Below, in pieces: positions 35,703 through 45,682 of a stretch of DNA of 57,958 nucleotides. The DNA is from Chloroflexi bacterium HGW-Chloroflexi-9 (GTDB lineage Bacteria; Chloroflexota; Dehalococcoidia; UBA2979): assembly GCA_002840675.1 (NCBI GenBank), contig PHBR01000001.1, positions 1 to 57,958 on the forward strand, written 5' to 3'. The notes under the pieces are model-generated. The model searched no databases. It saw nothing but the letters and a program-made list of their open reading frames with translations, and was not told the DNA's origin. Within the stretch, counting starts at the first letter, position 1; each line of letters begins with the position of its first letter. Position numbers and translations under genes: made by a program.

Positions 35703-37886
35703 ATGCGCGAACGACCGGACATGCTGGACCAATGGGGCCGATACGCGGTGCGGCGGCGCTGGCCCGTGATCGCGACCTGGGTCGTTATCGCCGCCCTGCT
35801 TGCCGTGACCGCTCGGTCGATCTCGCAGGGGACCGTGAGCAGCCTCACGATCCCGGGTGCCGAGTCGCAGGACGCCGTGGAGGTGCTGCAGCGGTCATTT
35901 CCGCAGCGCGCCGGCGACTACATGGATGTGGTGTTCGCCGCACCTGGTGGAATCGACCAGCCTGACACCCAGGCGCGGATCGACGGACTGATCCAGCGGG
36001 CATCCGAGGTGCCGGGCGTCATCGGGGTGGCCTCGCCGTATGAGCTCGGCGGGATCGTCTCGGCGGACCGGACCGTGGCGATTGCGCGGGTCCTGTTCGC
36101 GCTGCCTGCCGATGATGTACCCGCTGAAACCGCCGAGGCGATCAGCACGCTCGCCGCTTCCGCAAACAGTGCCGCGCTCACGGTGGAACTCGGCGGCCCG
36201 GTGGCGCTGGCCCAGGAGCGCGAAGGGCCGAACGAGTCGACGGTGCTCGGCCTGATCGCCGCCGTCGTCGTGCTGCTGGTGCTGTTCCGCGCCCTGGTGC
36301 CCTCCGTGCTCCCGATCGTGAGTTCGATGGCCGGGCTCGCGACGGGGTTCGCGGTGATCTTTGCGATGACCGCCGTCATCGACCTGAGCAAGTTCGCCCC
36401 GAACATCGCGGCCATGCTCGGGCTCGGCGTCGGGATCGACTACGCCCTGTTCATCGTCGCCCGCTACCGGGAGAACGTCCTCGCGGGGCACACGACCGAG
36501 GAGGCCGTCGGCATCGCCATGGCGACCGCGGGTAAGTCGGTGGCGTTCGCGGGGAGTGTCGTCATCACCTCGCTGCTCGGACTGGGTCTGATGGGCATCC
36601 CCTTCGTCGCCTGGCTCGGCGTGTCGGCCTCCGCGATGGTCGCAGTGACGATGCTCACCGCGCTCACGCTGCTCCCGGCACTCCTGGGCGTCGTGGGGGT
36701 CCGGATCGTGACGAGGCGTCAGCGCCCGACACCGGCCTCCGCGCAGGCGACTCACGTACAGCACGAGACGAGCCTGTGGTTCCACCTGGGCCACGCGATC
36801 ATGCGCCGCCCGTATGTGTTCTTTGTCGTGAGCGCCGTCATTCTGCTGGGGCTCAGCGTGCCAGTGCTCGACATGCGGCTGGGGTCCGCGGACGCGGGCA
36901 ACAACCCGACCTCCACCACCACGAGACGCGCGTACGACCTGGTGGCCGGCGCCTTCGGCCCCGGCATGAACGGCCCGCTCCAGGTGGTGATCGAGGGCGC
37001 CACGCCCGAGGAACTGGAGCAGGCGCGTCTGGCGATGCTCGGTACCGCCGGCGTGCAATCGGTTAGCCAACCCCTCGTGAACCCGGCCGGCACCACGGTC
37101 GTGCTCTCGGTCGTCCCGACCACGTCGCCTCAGGCAGCGGCGACCGCCGACCTGGTGCATGTGATGCGCGACGAGGTGCTCCCGGGCGCACTGGGCGACG
37201 GCGGCGCGACGGCCTACGTCGGTGGGGCGACCGCGCGGGCGATCGACATCGCCGACCGCATCGGAAACCGGCTGCCGCTGTTCTTCAGCCTGGTCATCGG
37301 CATCAGCTTCGTGCTGCTGGTGCTGGTCTTCCGGTCGCTGGCGATCCCGCTGAAGGCAGCGCTGATGAACCTGCTCTCGATCGGCGCTGCCTACGGGGTC
37401 GTCGTCGCGGTCTTCCAGTGGGGCTGGGGCATGGAACTCGTCGGCGTCACGCAGGCGGGCCCGATCGAGTCGTTCCTGCCGATGATGCTCTTCGCCGTGC
37501 TCTTTGGGCTCTCCATGGACTACGAGGTGTTCCTGGTGAGCCGCATCCGCGAGGAGTACCTGGCTTCACATGACAACGCCGCGTCCGTCGCGCGTGGCCT
37601 GGCCGCCACCGCCAGCGTGATCACCGCCGCCGCTGCGATCATGATCGTCGTCTTCCTGAGCTTCGTCCTGAACGACCAGCGCGTGGTGAAGGAGTTCGGT
37701 CTCGGCCTCGCCGTCGCCGTGTTCGTCGACGCGACCATCGTCCGGTTGCTCCTGGTCCCGGCGACGCTGGCGTTGATGGGCGACTGGAACTGGTGGCTGC
37801 CCGCATGGCTCGACCGCCTGCTCCCACGGATTTCCATCGAAGACACCACCCGGCACCCGCTGCCGGCGGCACCATCCGAATCATGA
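35703..37886 (+). CDS. MMPL family (RND superfamily) membrane transporter
   Basis: 727 aa with two blocks of TM helices and MMPL-type motifs (GIDYALFIVARYRE, GLSMDYEVFLVSRIREEY). Confidence 0.9.
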   Translation: MRERPDMLDQWGRYAVRRRWPVIATWVVIAALLAVTARSISQGTVSSLTIPGAESQDAVEVLQRSFPQRAGDYMDVVFAAPGGIDQPDTQARIDGLIQRASEVPGVIGVASPYELGGIVSADRTVAIARVLFALPADDVPAETAEAISTLAASANSAALTVELGGPVALAQEREGPNESTVLGLIAAVVVLLVLFRALVPSVLPIVSSMAGLATGFAVIFAMTAVIDLSKFAPNIAAMLGLGVGIDYALFIVARYRENVLAGHTTEEAVGIAMATAGKSVAFAGSVVITSLLGLGLMGIPFVAWLGVSASAMVAVTMLTALTLLPALLGVVGVRIVTRRQRPTPASAQATHVQHETSLWFHLGHAIMRRPYVFFVVSAVILLGLSVPVLDMRLGSADAGNNPTSTTTRRAYDLVAGAFGPGMNGPLQVVIEGATPEELEQARLAMLGTAGVQSVSQPLVNPAGTTVVLSVVPTTSPQAAATADLVHVMRDEVLPGALGDGGATAYVGGATARAIDIADRIGNRLPLFFSLVIGISFVLLVLVFRSLAIPLKAALMNLLSIGAAYGVVVAVFQWGWGMELVGVTQAGPIESFLPMMLFAVLFGLSMDYEVFLVSRIREEYLASHDNAASVARGLAATASVITAAAAIMIVVFLSFVLNDQRVVKEFGLGLAVAVFVDATIVRLLLVPATLALMGDWNWWLPAWLDRLLPRISIEDTTRHPLPAAPSES

Positions 37887-37941
37887 GCATGGACAGGTAT
37901 TACGACCCTGCGAGGGGCGAATCAGGAATTCGAGGAACAGA

Positions 37942-38310
37942 ATGATCACCACCGCCCTACCTGGCACCAGAGGCGTGCTGCTCCTGGGCTCCGCCATGGC
38001 CGTTGTTGCCGGGCTTGTCTACCTGGCGATCGCGGGCGGCATGGTCGCGGACGACTTCCAGTCGCCACCGCGCCCGCTCATGGCCATCGCCGGGGCGATC
38101 TACCTCGGCGGGGCCGGCGCCATGCACTTCGTGAACCGCCGCTTGCTCCTCGTGGGCGCGGTGCTCAACGGCGTGGTGCTGGTGCTCTTCCTGCTCTCCG
38201 CGGCGCGAGACAACGCGACGGTCGATGCCCTCAGCCTCGCCGGGAAGGCCGCGCAGGTCGCCCTCGGTGTGGCGCTGGTACTGGCGTGGCGCAGGAGCGG
38301 ACCGCGCTGA
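37942..38310 (+). CDS. hypothetical membrane protein
   Basis: Four predicted hydrophobic helices. No recognised domain. Confidence 0.45.
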   Translation: MITTALPGTRGVLLLGSAMAVVAGLVYLAIAGGMVADDFQSPPRPLMAIAGAIYLGGAGAMHFVNRRLLLVGAVLNGVVLVLFLLSAARDNATVDALSLAGKAAQVALGVALVLAWRRSGPR

Positions 38311-38323
38311 CGGCCGGCGTCGG

Positions 38324-39076
38324 CTAGGCGGGCGGTGCGACCGAGAGGCGGCCCTGCACACCGTGCTTCGCGATCAGGCCGGCGACGAAGCCGGAGGCCT
38401 TTGCCTCTTCGACGAATGCGCGGAGGAAGTCCGCACCCGCCACGTTCGCCTTCACGGTGCCGACGGCCTGCTGCACCGCCGCGAACTGGCCATCAAGGAC
38501 GCGCGCACCGGGGAGGTTCTGGACATCCTCGGCCAGGCCGGGGCGCAGGCCGGCGTACGCCTCCAGGCCGTTGGCCGCGAAGTGCTCGAACACGTTCTGG
38601 CCGGCCTCCAGCCGGACGAGCGTGGCGTGCCTGATGTTGCGTTCGAGCCACAGGCCGTAGGCACTGCGCGCCGAGACCGCGATCCGCACCCCGGGCCGGT
38701 CCACCTCCGCGATGGTCGTGATCGAGGATTCCGGCGGCACCAGGTAGGTCGCCTCGATCTCGACGTAGGCGGGGCTGAACTCGATCTGCTCCGCGCGCTG
38801 CGGCTCCGCGCCGATGAGAGCGATGTCCCAGGTGTTGGTGCCGGCGGCATCGGCGACCTCGCCGGGCGACTTGAAGGGGAGCAGTTGCAGCGGCACGCCG
38901 AGGCGGGTGGCGATGGCCCGCGCCATGTCCGGCGAGACCCCATCCGGGTCACCCTCCGCGGTGCGGCCGGTGATGAGGAGGAAGTTGCCCATGTTCACGC
39001 CGGCGCGCAGCACGCCGGTGGGCGCCAGTTCCGCCTTCGCCGCGTCGGAGAGTGGGACGCCCGAGAAGTTGACCAT
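38324..39076 (-). CDS. family 3 solute-binding-protein-like protein (no obvious signal peptide)
   Basis: Pattern GVLRAGVN...GVSPDMARAIATRLGVPLQLLPF...WDIALIG...FSPAYVEIE is typical of SBP_bac_3. Confidence 0.65.
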   Translation of the reverse strand: MVNFSGVPLSDAAKAELAPTGVLRAGVNMGNFLLITGRTAEGDPDGVSPDMARAIATRLGVPLQLLPFKSPGEVADAAGTNTWDIALIGAEPQRAEQIEFSPAYVEIEATYLVPPESSITTIAEVDRPGVRIAVSARSAYGLWLERNIRHATLVRLEAGQNVFEHFAANGLEAYAGLRPGLAEDVQNLPGARVLDGQFAAVQQAVGTVKANVAGADFLRAFVEEAKASGFVAGLIAKHGVQGRLSVAPPA

Positions 39077-39191
39077 GGGCGGGAGTGTAGCGAGGCGTCG
39101 CGGCGGGTGATGCTAGCGTGACGCCGGACGGCGTGTAATGACCTGTCACGACTCAGCGCCCCCACCTTGGGCGCAAGGGCGAAGGAGTGCC

Positions 39192-39569
39192 ATGAACATC
39201 TTCAGGTTGAGCCTCGGGCTACTGGTCGCCACCATCCTCGTGGTCGTCGGTGCTCAGAACACCCAGTCGGTGGCGTTCCACTTCCTGTTCTGGGAGACGC
39301 GTTCAATGCCGGTGGTGCTCGCGCTGGCGCTCGCCGTCTTCCTCGGCGCGCTCCTCGCCTGGATCGTCTCGATCCCCGGGCGCTACCGGGGGATGCGAAG
39401 CCACCGCGACCTGCAGCACCGCGCCGAGCACGCCGAGGAGGCGGAGCGGGCCGGGCACGCCCAGCAGCTTGAGCGTGCGGCGCAGGACGAGCGAACCGCG
39501 AAGGAAGAGCAGGCAGCACAGGCGGAACGCGCTGCCGCTGAGCAGGCAAAGGAGAAGGCGGAGGGCTAG
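39192..39569 (+). CDS. LapA/DUF1049-like small membrane protein with charged tail
   Basis: ATG preceded by GAAGGAG. Two TM helices, then a Glu/Ala/Arg-rich tail. Confidence 0.55.
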   Translation: MNIFRLSLGLLVATILVVVGAQNTQSVAFHFLFWETRSMPVVLALALAVFLGALLAWIVSIPGRYRGMRSHRDLQHRAEHAEEAERAGHAQQLERAAQDERTAKEEQAAQAERAAAEQAKEKAEG

Positions 39570-39653
39570 GGCGCCCTCCCTCCCTGCCCCCCGTGCGGCT
39601 CAGCCTGCGCCCTCCATACACTGGACGCAGCGCCGAGGTGGAGCAGGAGCCCG

Positions 39654-40184
39654 ATGTCCGAAAGCACCCTCTCCCTGATCCTGGCCTCGGGGTCGCTTCT
39701 CGTCCTGTTCACCTCGCTCGTGGCGGTGCTGGGGGTCGGCGCGCCGGGCGCGGTGAGCCTGCGGCGGCTGGTCCTCACCCGGGGGACGTGGCTCTCGTTC
39801 GCCATCGCCGCGATCGCCGTGAGCGGCTCGCTCTACTACTCGGAGGTCGCGCACTTCGTCCCGTGCACGCTCTGCTGGTATCAGCGAATCGCGATGTACC
39901 CGCTCGCTATCGTGCTGCTGGTCGCGGCGGTCACGCGCGACCAGCGCCCCGCGCGATACATCGTGCCCATCGCGGCGGCCGGGCTGCTCGTCTCCCTCTA
40001 CCACTACCAACTGGAGTTGTTCCCGGAGCAGGCGACCATGTGCACCAGTGGCGTGCCGTGCTCCTTCCGCTATGTGGAGGAGTTCGGGTTCATCTCCATC
40101 CCGTTCATGGCGGGTGTCGGGTTCATCTCCATCCTCGCGCTGCAGGCGGCCACCTGGCGCGCTCGCCGCGTCCGCGGCGTCTGA
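39654..40184 (+). CDS. disulfide bond formation protein (DsbB/BdbC family)
   Basis: SLYYSEVAHFVPCTLCWYQRIAMYP (CxxC in the first loop) and a second Cys pair (CTSGVPC). Confidence 0.8.
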   Translation: MSESTLSLILASGSLLVLFTSLVAVLGVGAPGAVSLRRLVLTRGTWLSFAIAAIAVSGSLYYSEVAHFVPCTLCWYQRIAMYPLAIVLLVAAVTRDQRPARYIVPIAAAGLLVSLYHYQLELFPEQATMCTSGVPCSFRYVEEFGFISIPFMAGVGFISILALQAATWRARRVRGV

Positions 40185-40203
40185 CGCGCCACCGACCAAT
40201 CGG

Positions 40204-41304
40204 CTAGCGGATCCCGGAGTCCAGTCGTACCTCAAACCAGGTGCGCTGGTTCGGCGGGACGACGATGGTCTGCGCCGCCATGCTCGGCATGACGGGCGAA
40301 CCGGGCGCGAGGTTCACCTCGTACGTCCCGACCGGCAGGTCGATCGTGAAGCGGCCGCCGATCGTCTGGACCCTCCCCCGCTCGCTGCCACCCTGGCCGA
40401 AGGTGAGCGTCACGTCCGCGAGCCGATCTGGGCAGTTCTGGCCCTCCTGCACGACCGGACAGGCCGGCCCGCTCCACACGACGCCCGCCGCGCCGCTCCC
40501 AGCGGCAGGCGGCGAGGCGGTCGGGATGTCGATCACGATGCGCGCAGGGGCCTGGAGGATGAACATCCGGAACGGCGTCTCCTCGTCCAGCCCGAGCAGC
40601 CAGGTCACATGGCCCTCGAAGCCGCAGATCTCGCGTGCCTCCTTGATCGCCGGCAGCCCCGGCGTCAGGGTGCGCGTGGGGATCGTCATCTCGCCGGCCT
40701 CGTTGTGGATGCGGGCGTTGGTCAGGTGGAGGCGCAGCGTCGCGTTCCCCGCCACCGTGACCGGCGCGCCCTGGCCGCACGTGAACTGTGTGTCGGTCAC
40801 GTACTCGACCGCGTAGGTCGGGATGACGTCCTCTTCGAACTCCACCACGAACCGGTCGTAGCCGGCGTGCGAGGCGGCACGCACGTCGCTCTGCTCGGCG
40901 AAGCCCCCGCTTCCGTCGCCGACCGCATCGAGGAGCACGAAGTCGCCCTCCAGGATGACCTCGCAGCGCACGAGGAAGAGCTGTCCAGCCGGGAGGGTGA
41001 CCGGGAAGCCCGCGTTCACGAAGGCAGGCGCGCCCGCCGTGTACAGCCGCGCGCTGCCGTCTACATAGATGACGAGCGCGCGCACGCCGCATCCCTGGAC
41101 GCGCAGGGCGGCTGCCAGGTCGGCGCTCGATGTCGCCGCAGTCACCGCCAGCAGCGCGACGCCCTCAGCGGGAAGATCGCCGGAGAACGGCGGCACCTGT
41201 GCGCTCGCCGTCTGCTTACCCGGGACGGACCCACTCATCACGCCGATGACGAGGATCGCAGCGAGTGTGAAGGGACGGAGCGCGCGTACAAGCACATGTG
41301 ACAT
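40204..41304 (-). CDS. hypothetical secreted protein
   Basis: Internal ATG gives a signal peptide (FTLAAILVIGVMSGSVPGKQTASAQ). No recognised catalytic motif. Confidence 0.5.
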   Translation of the reverse strand: MSHVLVRALRPFTLAAILVIGVMSGSVPGKQTASAQVPPFSGDLPAEGVALLAVTAATSSADLAAALRVQGCGVRALVIYVDGSARLYTAGAPAFVNAGFPVTLPAGQLFLVRCEVILEGDFVLLDAVGDGSGGFAEQSDVRAASHAGYDRFVVEFEEDVIPTYAVEYVTDTQFTCGQGAPVTVAGNATLRLHLTNARIHNEAGEMTIPTRTLTPGLPAIKEAREICGFEGHVTWLLGLDEETPFRMFILQAPARIVIDIPTASPPAAGSGAAGVVWSGPACPVVQEGQNCPDRLADVTLTFGQGGSERGRVQTIGGRFTIDLPVGTYEVNLAPGSPVMPSMAAQTIVVPPNQRTWFEVRLDSGIR

Positions 41305-41512
41305 GACAGCCCTCGATCGTCTGCAACGACGCCGCGCCAGGCGGGCCGTCACGAACCGGGAATCGCCCTCGGCGAGGAGGTCGTAGCAAAGAGGCTACTC
41401 CGCCACGCCGGAGGCGCGCCGACGGCGCTCGGGGAATCTGCTTGCCGCAACGCGGCGTACAGGTCGTATCCTTCCCGCATCGGCAACGGAGGAACGGAAG
41501 GCGCCAGCCCTC

Positions 41513-42451
41513 GTGAGTGACCTGCGCATCAGCCAGCAGCCCGCGCTCCGCCGTCCCCTGCTCATCGCCGGGTTCGCCGGGTGGAATGACGCCGGTGAGG
41601 CGGCCAGCAGCGCCGTGCGGTTCATCCACCGTCGCTGGCGCTGTGAGGCGATCGCGGAGATCGACCCGGAGAACTTCTACGACTTCACGCAGATGCGGCC
41701 GCAGGTGCGCCTCCGCAACGGCGAGCGCTTCATCGAGTGGCCGCCGAACACCTTCTCCGCGAAGCGCGTGGACCACCTGGAGCGGGACGTGATCCTGTTC
41801 CAGGGCGTGGAGCCGCACCTCGCCTGGAAGACCTACGTCGAGACAATCCTGGAGGTCTGCCGGACGTTCGAGGTCTCGGGCGTCCTGATCCTCGGTGCGC
41901 TGCTGTCGGAGGCGAGCCACGCCCGACCGGTGCGCGTCAGCGGCTCCGCGACCGACCCGGAGCTGGCGAGGATGCTTGGCCTGGACGAGCGCAGCCGCTC
42001 CACCTACCAGGGCCCCACGGGCATCGTCGGGATCCTCTCGCAGGCGGTGAAGGACGCGGGCATCCCCATGGCCTCCATGTGGGCGAACATCCCGTTCTAC
42101 ATCCAGCGCTCTCCGAACCCGAAGGGCTCGCTCGCCCTCCTCGACCGGATCAACTCCGGCCTGGACTTCGGCCTCACGCTCCACGACCTGGAGGTGTTCG
42201 CCGCGCGCTTCGAGGCGCAGGTGGCCGCCGACATCGAGACCAACCCGGAGGTCGCGGAGTACGCGCGCCGGGTCATGGACGACGCCGATGACGAGGACGA
42301 CGAGGAAGAGGGCATCATCGACGACGACCTCCGGGACGAGATCGATGAGGCTGCCGACGCCGGCGCCGAGCTCCCCGATGCCGCCTCGATGGTGGACGAA
42401 CTCGAGCGCTTCCTGCGCGAGCAGCGCGGCGACCGCGGCAGCGACGCCTAG
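41513..42451 (+). CDS. PAC2 (proteasome assembly chaperone 2-like) family protein
   Basis: RRPLLIAGFAGWNDAGEAASSAV N-terminal pattern and an acidic C-terminus. GTG start. Confidence 0.75.
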   Translation: MSDLRISQQPALRRPLLIAGFAGWNDAGEAASSAVRFIHRRWRCEAIAEIDPENFYDFTQMRPQVRLRNGERFIEWPPNTFSAKRVDHLERDVILFQGVEPHLAWKTYVETILEVCRTFEVSGVLILGALLSEASHARPVRVSGSATDPELARMLGLDERSRSTYQGPTGIVGILSQAVKDAGIPMASMWANIPFYIQRSPNPKGSLALLDRINSGLDFGLTLHDLEVFAARFEAQVAADIETNPEVAEYARRVMDDADDEDDEEEGIIDDDLRDEIDEAADAGAELPDAASMVDELERFLREQRGDRGSDA

Positions 42452-42490
42452 AGCCTCGCTTCGTCACCACATCCGGTATCGCTCAGGTAC

Positions 42491-42520
42491 TTGAGCGAAT
42501 CCCGCCCCAGGGCGTATCCT
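42491..42520 (+). promoter_or_regulatory. candidate promoter of the pyr operon
   Basis: TTGAGC (42491-42496), 18-nt spacer, TATCCT (42515-42520). Confidence 0.3.
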
Positions 42521-42544
42521 CAGTGGAACGCCACCCGCGTTGTC

Positions 42545-42668
42545 TTTAACTCGGTCCAGTGAGGCCGGGAAGGAACGCTCCAGATGCTGCACGCGCTCGG
42601 TCGCGCACGCCTCCACACCCCCCACCCTGGCACCGCCGTTGCCTCCCCGTTCCCGGGGAGGTTTTGTT
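42545..42668 (+). promoter_or_regulatory. PyrR-binding leader with terminator/RBS-sequestering hairpin
   Basis: CTTTAACTCGGTCCAGTGAGGCCGGGAAGGAAC resembles the conserved PyrR-binding loop (UCCAGAGAGGC..GAAGG). The hairpin CCTCCCCG-TTCC-CGGGGAGG (42642-42661) plus TTTTGTT ends at the pyrR ATG and contains the SD. Confidence 0.65.
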
Positions 42669-43253
42669 ATGTCCAGCGAGTCGCGCCCGCTTCTCAGGCG
42701 GTGCACTGTGGGTGACGTCGCCCCCATCCTGGACGCCGATGGTGTGCGCCGCGCGCTGCGCCGGCTCGCCCACGAGATCGTGGAGGCGAACCAGGGCACG
42801 CGCGACCTGGTGCTCGTCGGCATCCAGAGCGGCGGCGCCGTGCTGGCGCGCCGGCTGGTCGAGCAGATCGAGGAGTTCGAGGGCACCCGCCCGCCCCTCG
42901 GTGCAATCGACATCACCCTCCACCGCGACGACCTGGCGCAGCGCGGGCTGAACGCCGCGCCTCTGCCCTCCGACCTGCCGGACGTGGACGGGCGCGTGGT
43001 GGTGCTGGTGGACGACGTGCTGATGACCGGGCGCTCCGTCCGCGCCGCGATGGACGCGCTGAACGACTACGGGCGCCCGCGCGCCATCCGCCTGGCCGTC
43101 CTGGTGGACCGCGGGCACCGAGAACTCCCGATCCGCGCCGACATGGTCGGCAAGAACATCCCCACCGCGCGCGTGGACAACGTGCGCGTCCTGCTGGAGG
43201 AGGTGGACGGTCGCGACGCGGTCGTGATCGTCCCGGGAAGGGCTGACGTATGA
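42669..43253 (+). CDS. pyrR: bifunctional pyr operon regulator / uracil phosphoribosyltransferase PyrR
   Basis: [16 protein letters not shown] and PRPP motif [17 protein letters not shown]. Internal ATG preceded by GGGGAGG. Confidence 0.9.
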   Translation: MSSESRPLLRRCTVGDVAPILDADGVRRALRRLAHEIVEANQGTRDLVLVGIQSGGAVLARRLVEQIEEFEGTRPPLGAIDITLHRDDLAQRGLNAAPLPSDLPDVDGRVVVLVDDVLMTGRSVRAAMDALNDYGRPRAIRLAVLVDRGHRELPIRADMVGKNIPTARVDNVRVLLEEVDGRDAVVIVPGRADV

Positions 43254-44296
43254 CTGCCCCTGCCGCAAGCACGAGCAACACCCCGCCCGCCGAGGCGACC
43301 CCGAACCGGGGGGCACCGGAGTGGAACCACCACCACGTCCTTGACCTGGACGATTTCTCCGTGCAGGAGATCGAGACCGTCCTGAACCTGGCCGACCGGA
43401 TGCGCGAGGTCCTGGACCGGCGCATCGCGCGCGTCCCGGCACTGCGCGGCTACACCATCGTCAACCTCTTCTACGAGCCCTCCACTCGTACCCGCGCCTC
43501 CTTCGAGCTGGCCGGGAAGGTGCTGGGCGCGGACGTGATCAGCGTCACCGCCAGCACCTCCTCCGTGGTCAAGGGCGAGTCGCTCATCGACACGGTGCGG
43601 ACGCTGCGCGCGATGCGTGTCGACGCGATGGTGATGCGCCACTCGATGGCCGGCACGCCCTATCTGGCGTCGGAGCACACTGACGCCTCGATCATCAACG
43701 CCGGCGACGGGGCGCACGCGCACCCGACGCAGGCACTGCTGGACCTGTACACGATCCGCAGCCACCTGGGCGACCTGCGCGGCAAGCGTGTCGTGATGGT
43801 GGGCGACATCGCCCACTCCCGCGTGGCGCGATCCGACATGTGGGGGCTCACCGCCCTCGGCGCGCAGGTCGTGGTCTGCGGCCCGCCGACACTCCTGCCA
43901 CGCGGCCTGCGTGCCAGCGACCGGCCGGCGCACGCGGAGTCGGCGCTGCCGCCCGTGACCGTGGAGACCGATATCGACCGGGCGATCGAGGGCGCAGACG
44001 TGGTGATGGCGCTGCGCCTCCAGAGCGAACGGCAGCAGGGCGGCCTGCTGCCCTCCCTCCACGAGTACGCGCGCCTGTACCAGGTGACGGCGGAGCGCCT
44101 GGCGCGGGCGAAGCCGAACCACCTGCTGATGCACCCCGGCCCCAAGAACGAGGGCACGGAGATCGCTGCCTCGGTCGCCGCGGGTGGCCACTCGATCATC
44201 GAAGAGCAGGTCACGAACGGCGTCGCCGTGCGGATGGCGCTGCTCTACCTGCTGTCAGGGCGCGAACTGCCATCGGATACCGGAGAGGCGCGCTGA
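43250..44296 (+). CDS. pyrB: aspartate carbamoyltransferase catalytic subunit
   Basis: [21 protein letters not shown] and HPGP motifs. The ATG overlaps the pyrR stop. Confidence 0.92.
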   Translation: MTAPAASTSNTPPAEATPNRGAPEWNHHHVLDLDDFSVQEIETVLNLADRMREVLDRRIARVPALRGYTIVNLFYEPSTRTRASFELAGKVLGADVISVTASTSSVVKGESLIDTVRTLRAMRVDAMVMRHSMAGTPYLASEHTDASIINAGDGAHAHPTQALLDLYTIRSHLGDLRGKRVVMVGDIAHSRVARSDMWGLTALGAQVVVCGPPTLLPRGLRASDRPAHAESALPPVTVETDIDRAIEGADVVMALRLQSERQQGGLLPSLHEYARLYQVTAERLARAKPNHLLMHPGPKNEGTEIAASVAAGGHSIIEEQVTNGVAVRMALLYLLSGRELPSDTGEAR

Positions 44297-45639
44297 TGCC
44301 CACGCTGGCGATTCACAACGGCCGGGTCATCGACCCTGCCCTCGGGCGCGACGGCATCGCCGATGTCGTGATCGTGGACGGGCGGATATCCCGAGTCGGC
44401 CCGAACGAGGGCGACATGGTCGTGGAGGCGGAACGCATCGATGCGACGGGGCTGATCGTCTCGCCCGGCTTCGTCGACCTGCACACGCACCTGCGCGAGC
44501 CCGGCTTCGAATACAAGGAGACCATCGCCACCGGCACGCTGGCGGCGGCGCGTGGCGGCTACACCACCGTCTGCGCCATGCCCAACACCTCGCCCGCCCT
44601 CGACAGCCGCTCGGCCATCGAGTCCGTGCTGCGGGAGGCGGAGTCCACCGGCCGGGTGCGGGTGCTGCCGATCGGCTGCATCACGGTGGGTCGCAAGGGC
44701 CAGGAACTGGCCCCGCAGGGCGAACTGGTGGAGGCGGGCGCGGTCGCGATCTCGGACGACGGCGATGCCGTCGCCGACCCGAGCCTGATGCGCCACGCCC
44801 TCGCCTACTCGACCCGGTTCGGCCTCCCCGTCGCGCAGCACTGCGAGGACCCGAGCCTGGTCCGCGACGGGCAGATGCACGAGGGCTGGGTCGCGACCCG
44901 CCTCGGCCTGCGCGGCCGCCCCGCGAGCGCGGAGGAGACGATGGTGGCGCGTGACATCGCGCTGGCCGAGCTCTCCGGCGCGCACCTGCACATCTGCCAC
45001 ATCTCGACCGCCGGCTCGGTCGCCCTCGTCGCGGCTGCCCGCGCCAGGGGCGCCCGCGTGACGGCGGAGGTCACGCCTCACCACCTGACGCTGACCCACG
45101 AGGAGGTCGCGTTCGCGGAGGACTATCGGAGCATCCGCTACAACACCAGCGCGAAGGTGAACCCCCCGCTCCGCGAGGAGGCCGACCTGGTCGCGCTGGG
45201 CGAGGCGCTCCGCGACGGCATCATCGACGCGATCGCGACCGACCACGCGCCGCACGCCACCAGTGACAAAGAGATCGAGTTCAACCTGGCGTCGCCGGGC
45301 CTCACCATGCTCGAGACCGCATTCGGCCTGAGCATGCGGCTCGTGCACGACGGCGTGCTGACGCTGCCGGTGCTGATCGAGCGCATGACGGCGGGCCCCG
45401 TGCGGGCCTGGCGGCTGGACGAACGCCCGGGTCTCGCCGGCCTCGGGTCGCTGGCCCCCGGTGCGCCGGCGGACGTGGTCATCCTGGACCCGAACGCGGA
45501 GTGGCCCGTGGAGCCGGAGCGGTTCGCCTCCAAGGGGAAGAACACACCCCTCGGCGGGCGGACGCTGCGAGGGCGCGTGCTGGCCACGGTGTACGGCGGC
45601 CAGTTGGTGTACGAGACCGAGCGCGTCGGCGCCTACTAG
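44296..45639 (+). CDS. pyrC: dihydroorotase
   Basis: GFVDLHTHLREPG, DHAPH motifs. The ATG overlaps the pyrB stop (TGATG). Confidence 0.9.
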   Translation: MPTLAIHNGRVIDPALGRDGIADVVIVDGRISRVGPNEGDMVVEAERIDATGLIVSPGFVDLHTHLREPGFEYKETIATGTLAAARGGYTTVCAMPNTSPALDSRSAIESVLREAESTGRVRVLPIGCITVGRKGQELAPQGELVEAGAVAISDDGDAVADPSLMRHALAYSTRFGLPVAQHCEDPSLVRDGQMHEGWVATRLGLRGRPASAEETMVARDIALAELSGAHLHICHISTAGSVALVAAARARGARVTAEVTPHHLTLTHEEVAFAEDYRSIRYNTSAKVNPPLREEADLVALGEALRDGIIDAIATDHAPHATSDKEIEFNLASPGLTMLETAFGLSMRLVHDGVLTLPVLIERMTAGPVRAWRLDERPGLAGLGSLAPGAPADVVILDPNAEWPVEPERFASKGKNTPLGGRTLRGRVLATVYGGQLVYETERVGAY

Positions 45640-45682
45640 CGCTGGCGCTTCCGAGGGAACGAGACGGACTGAAAGGGACCGC

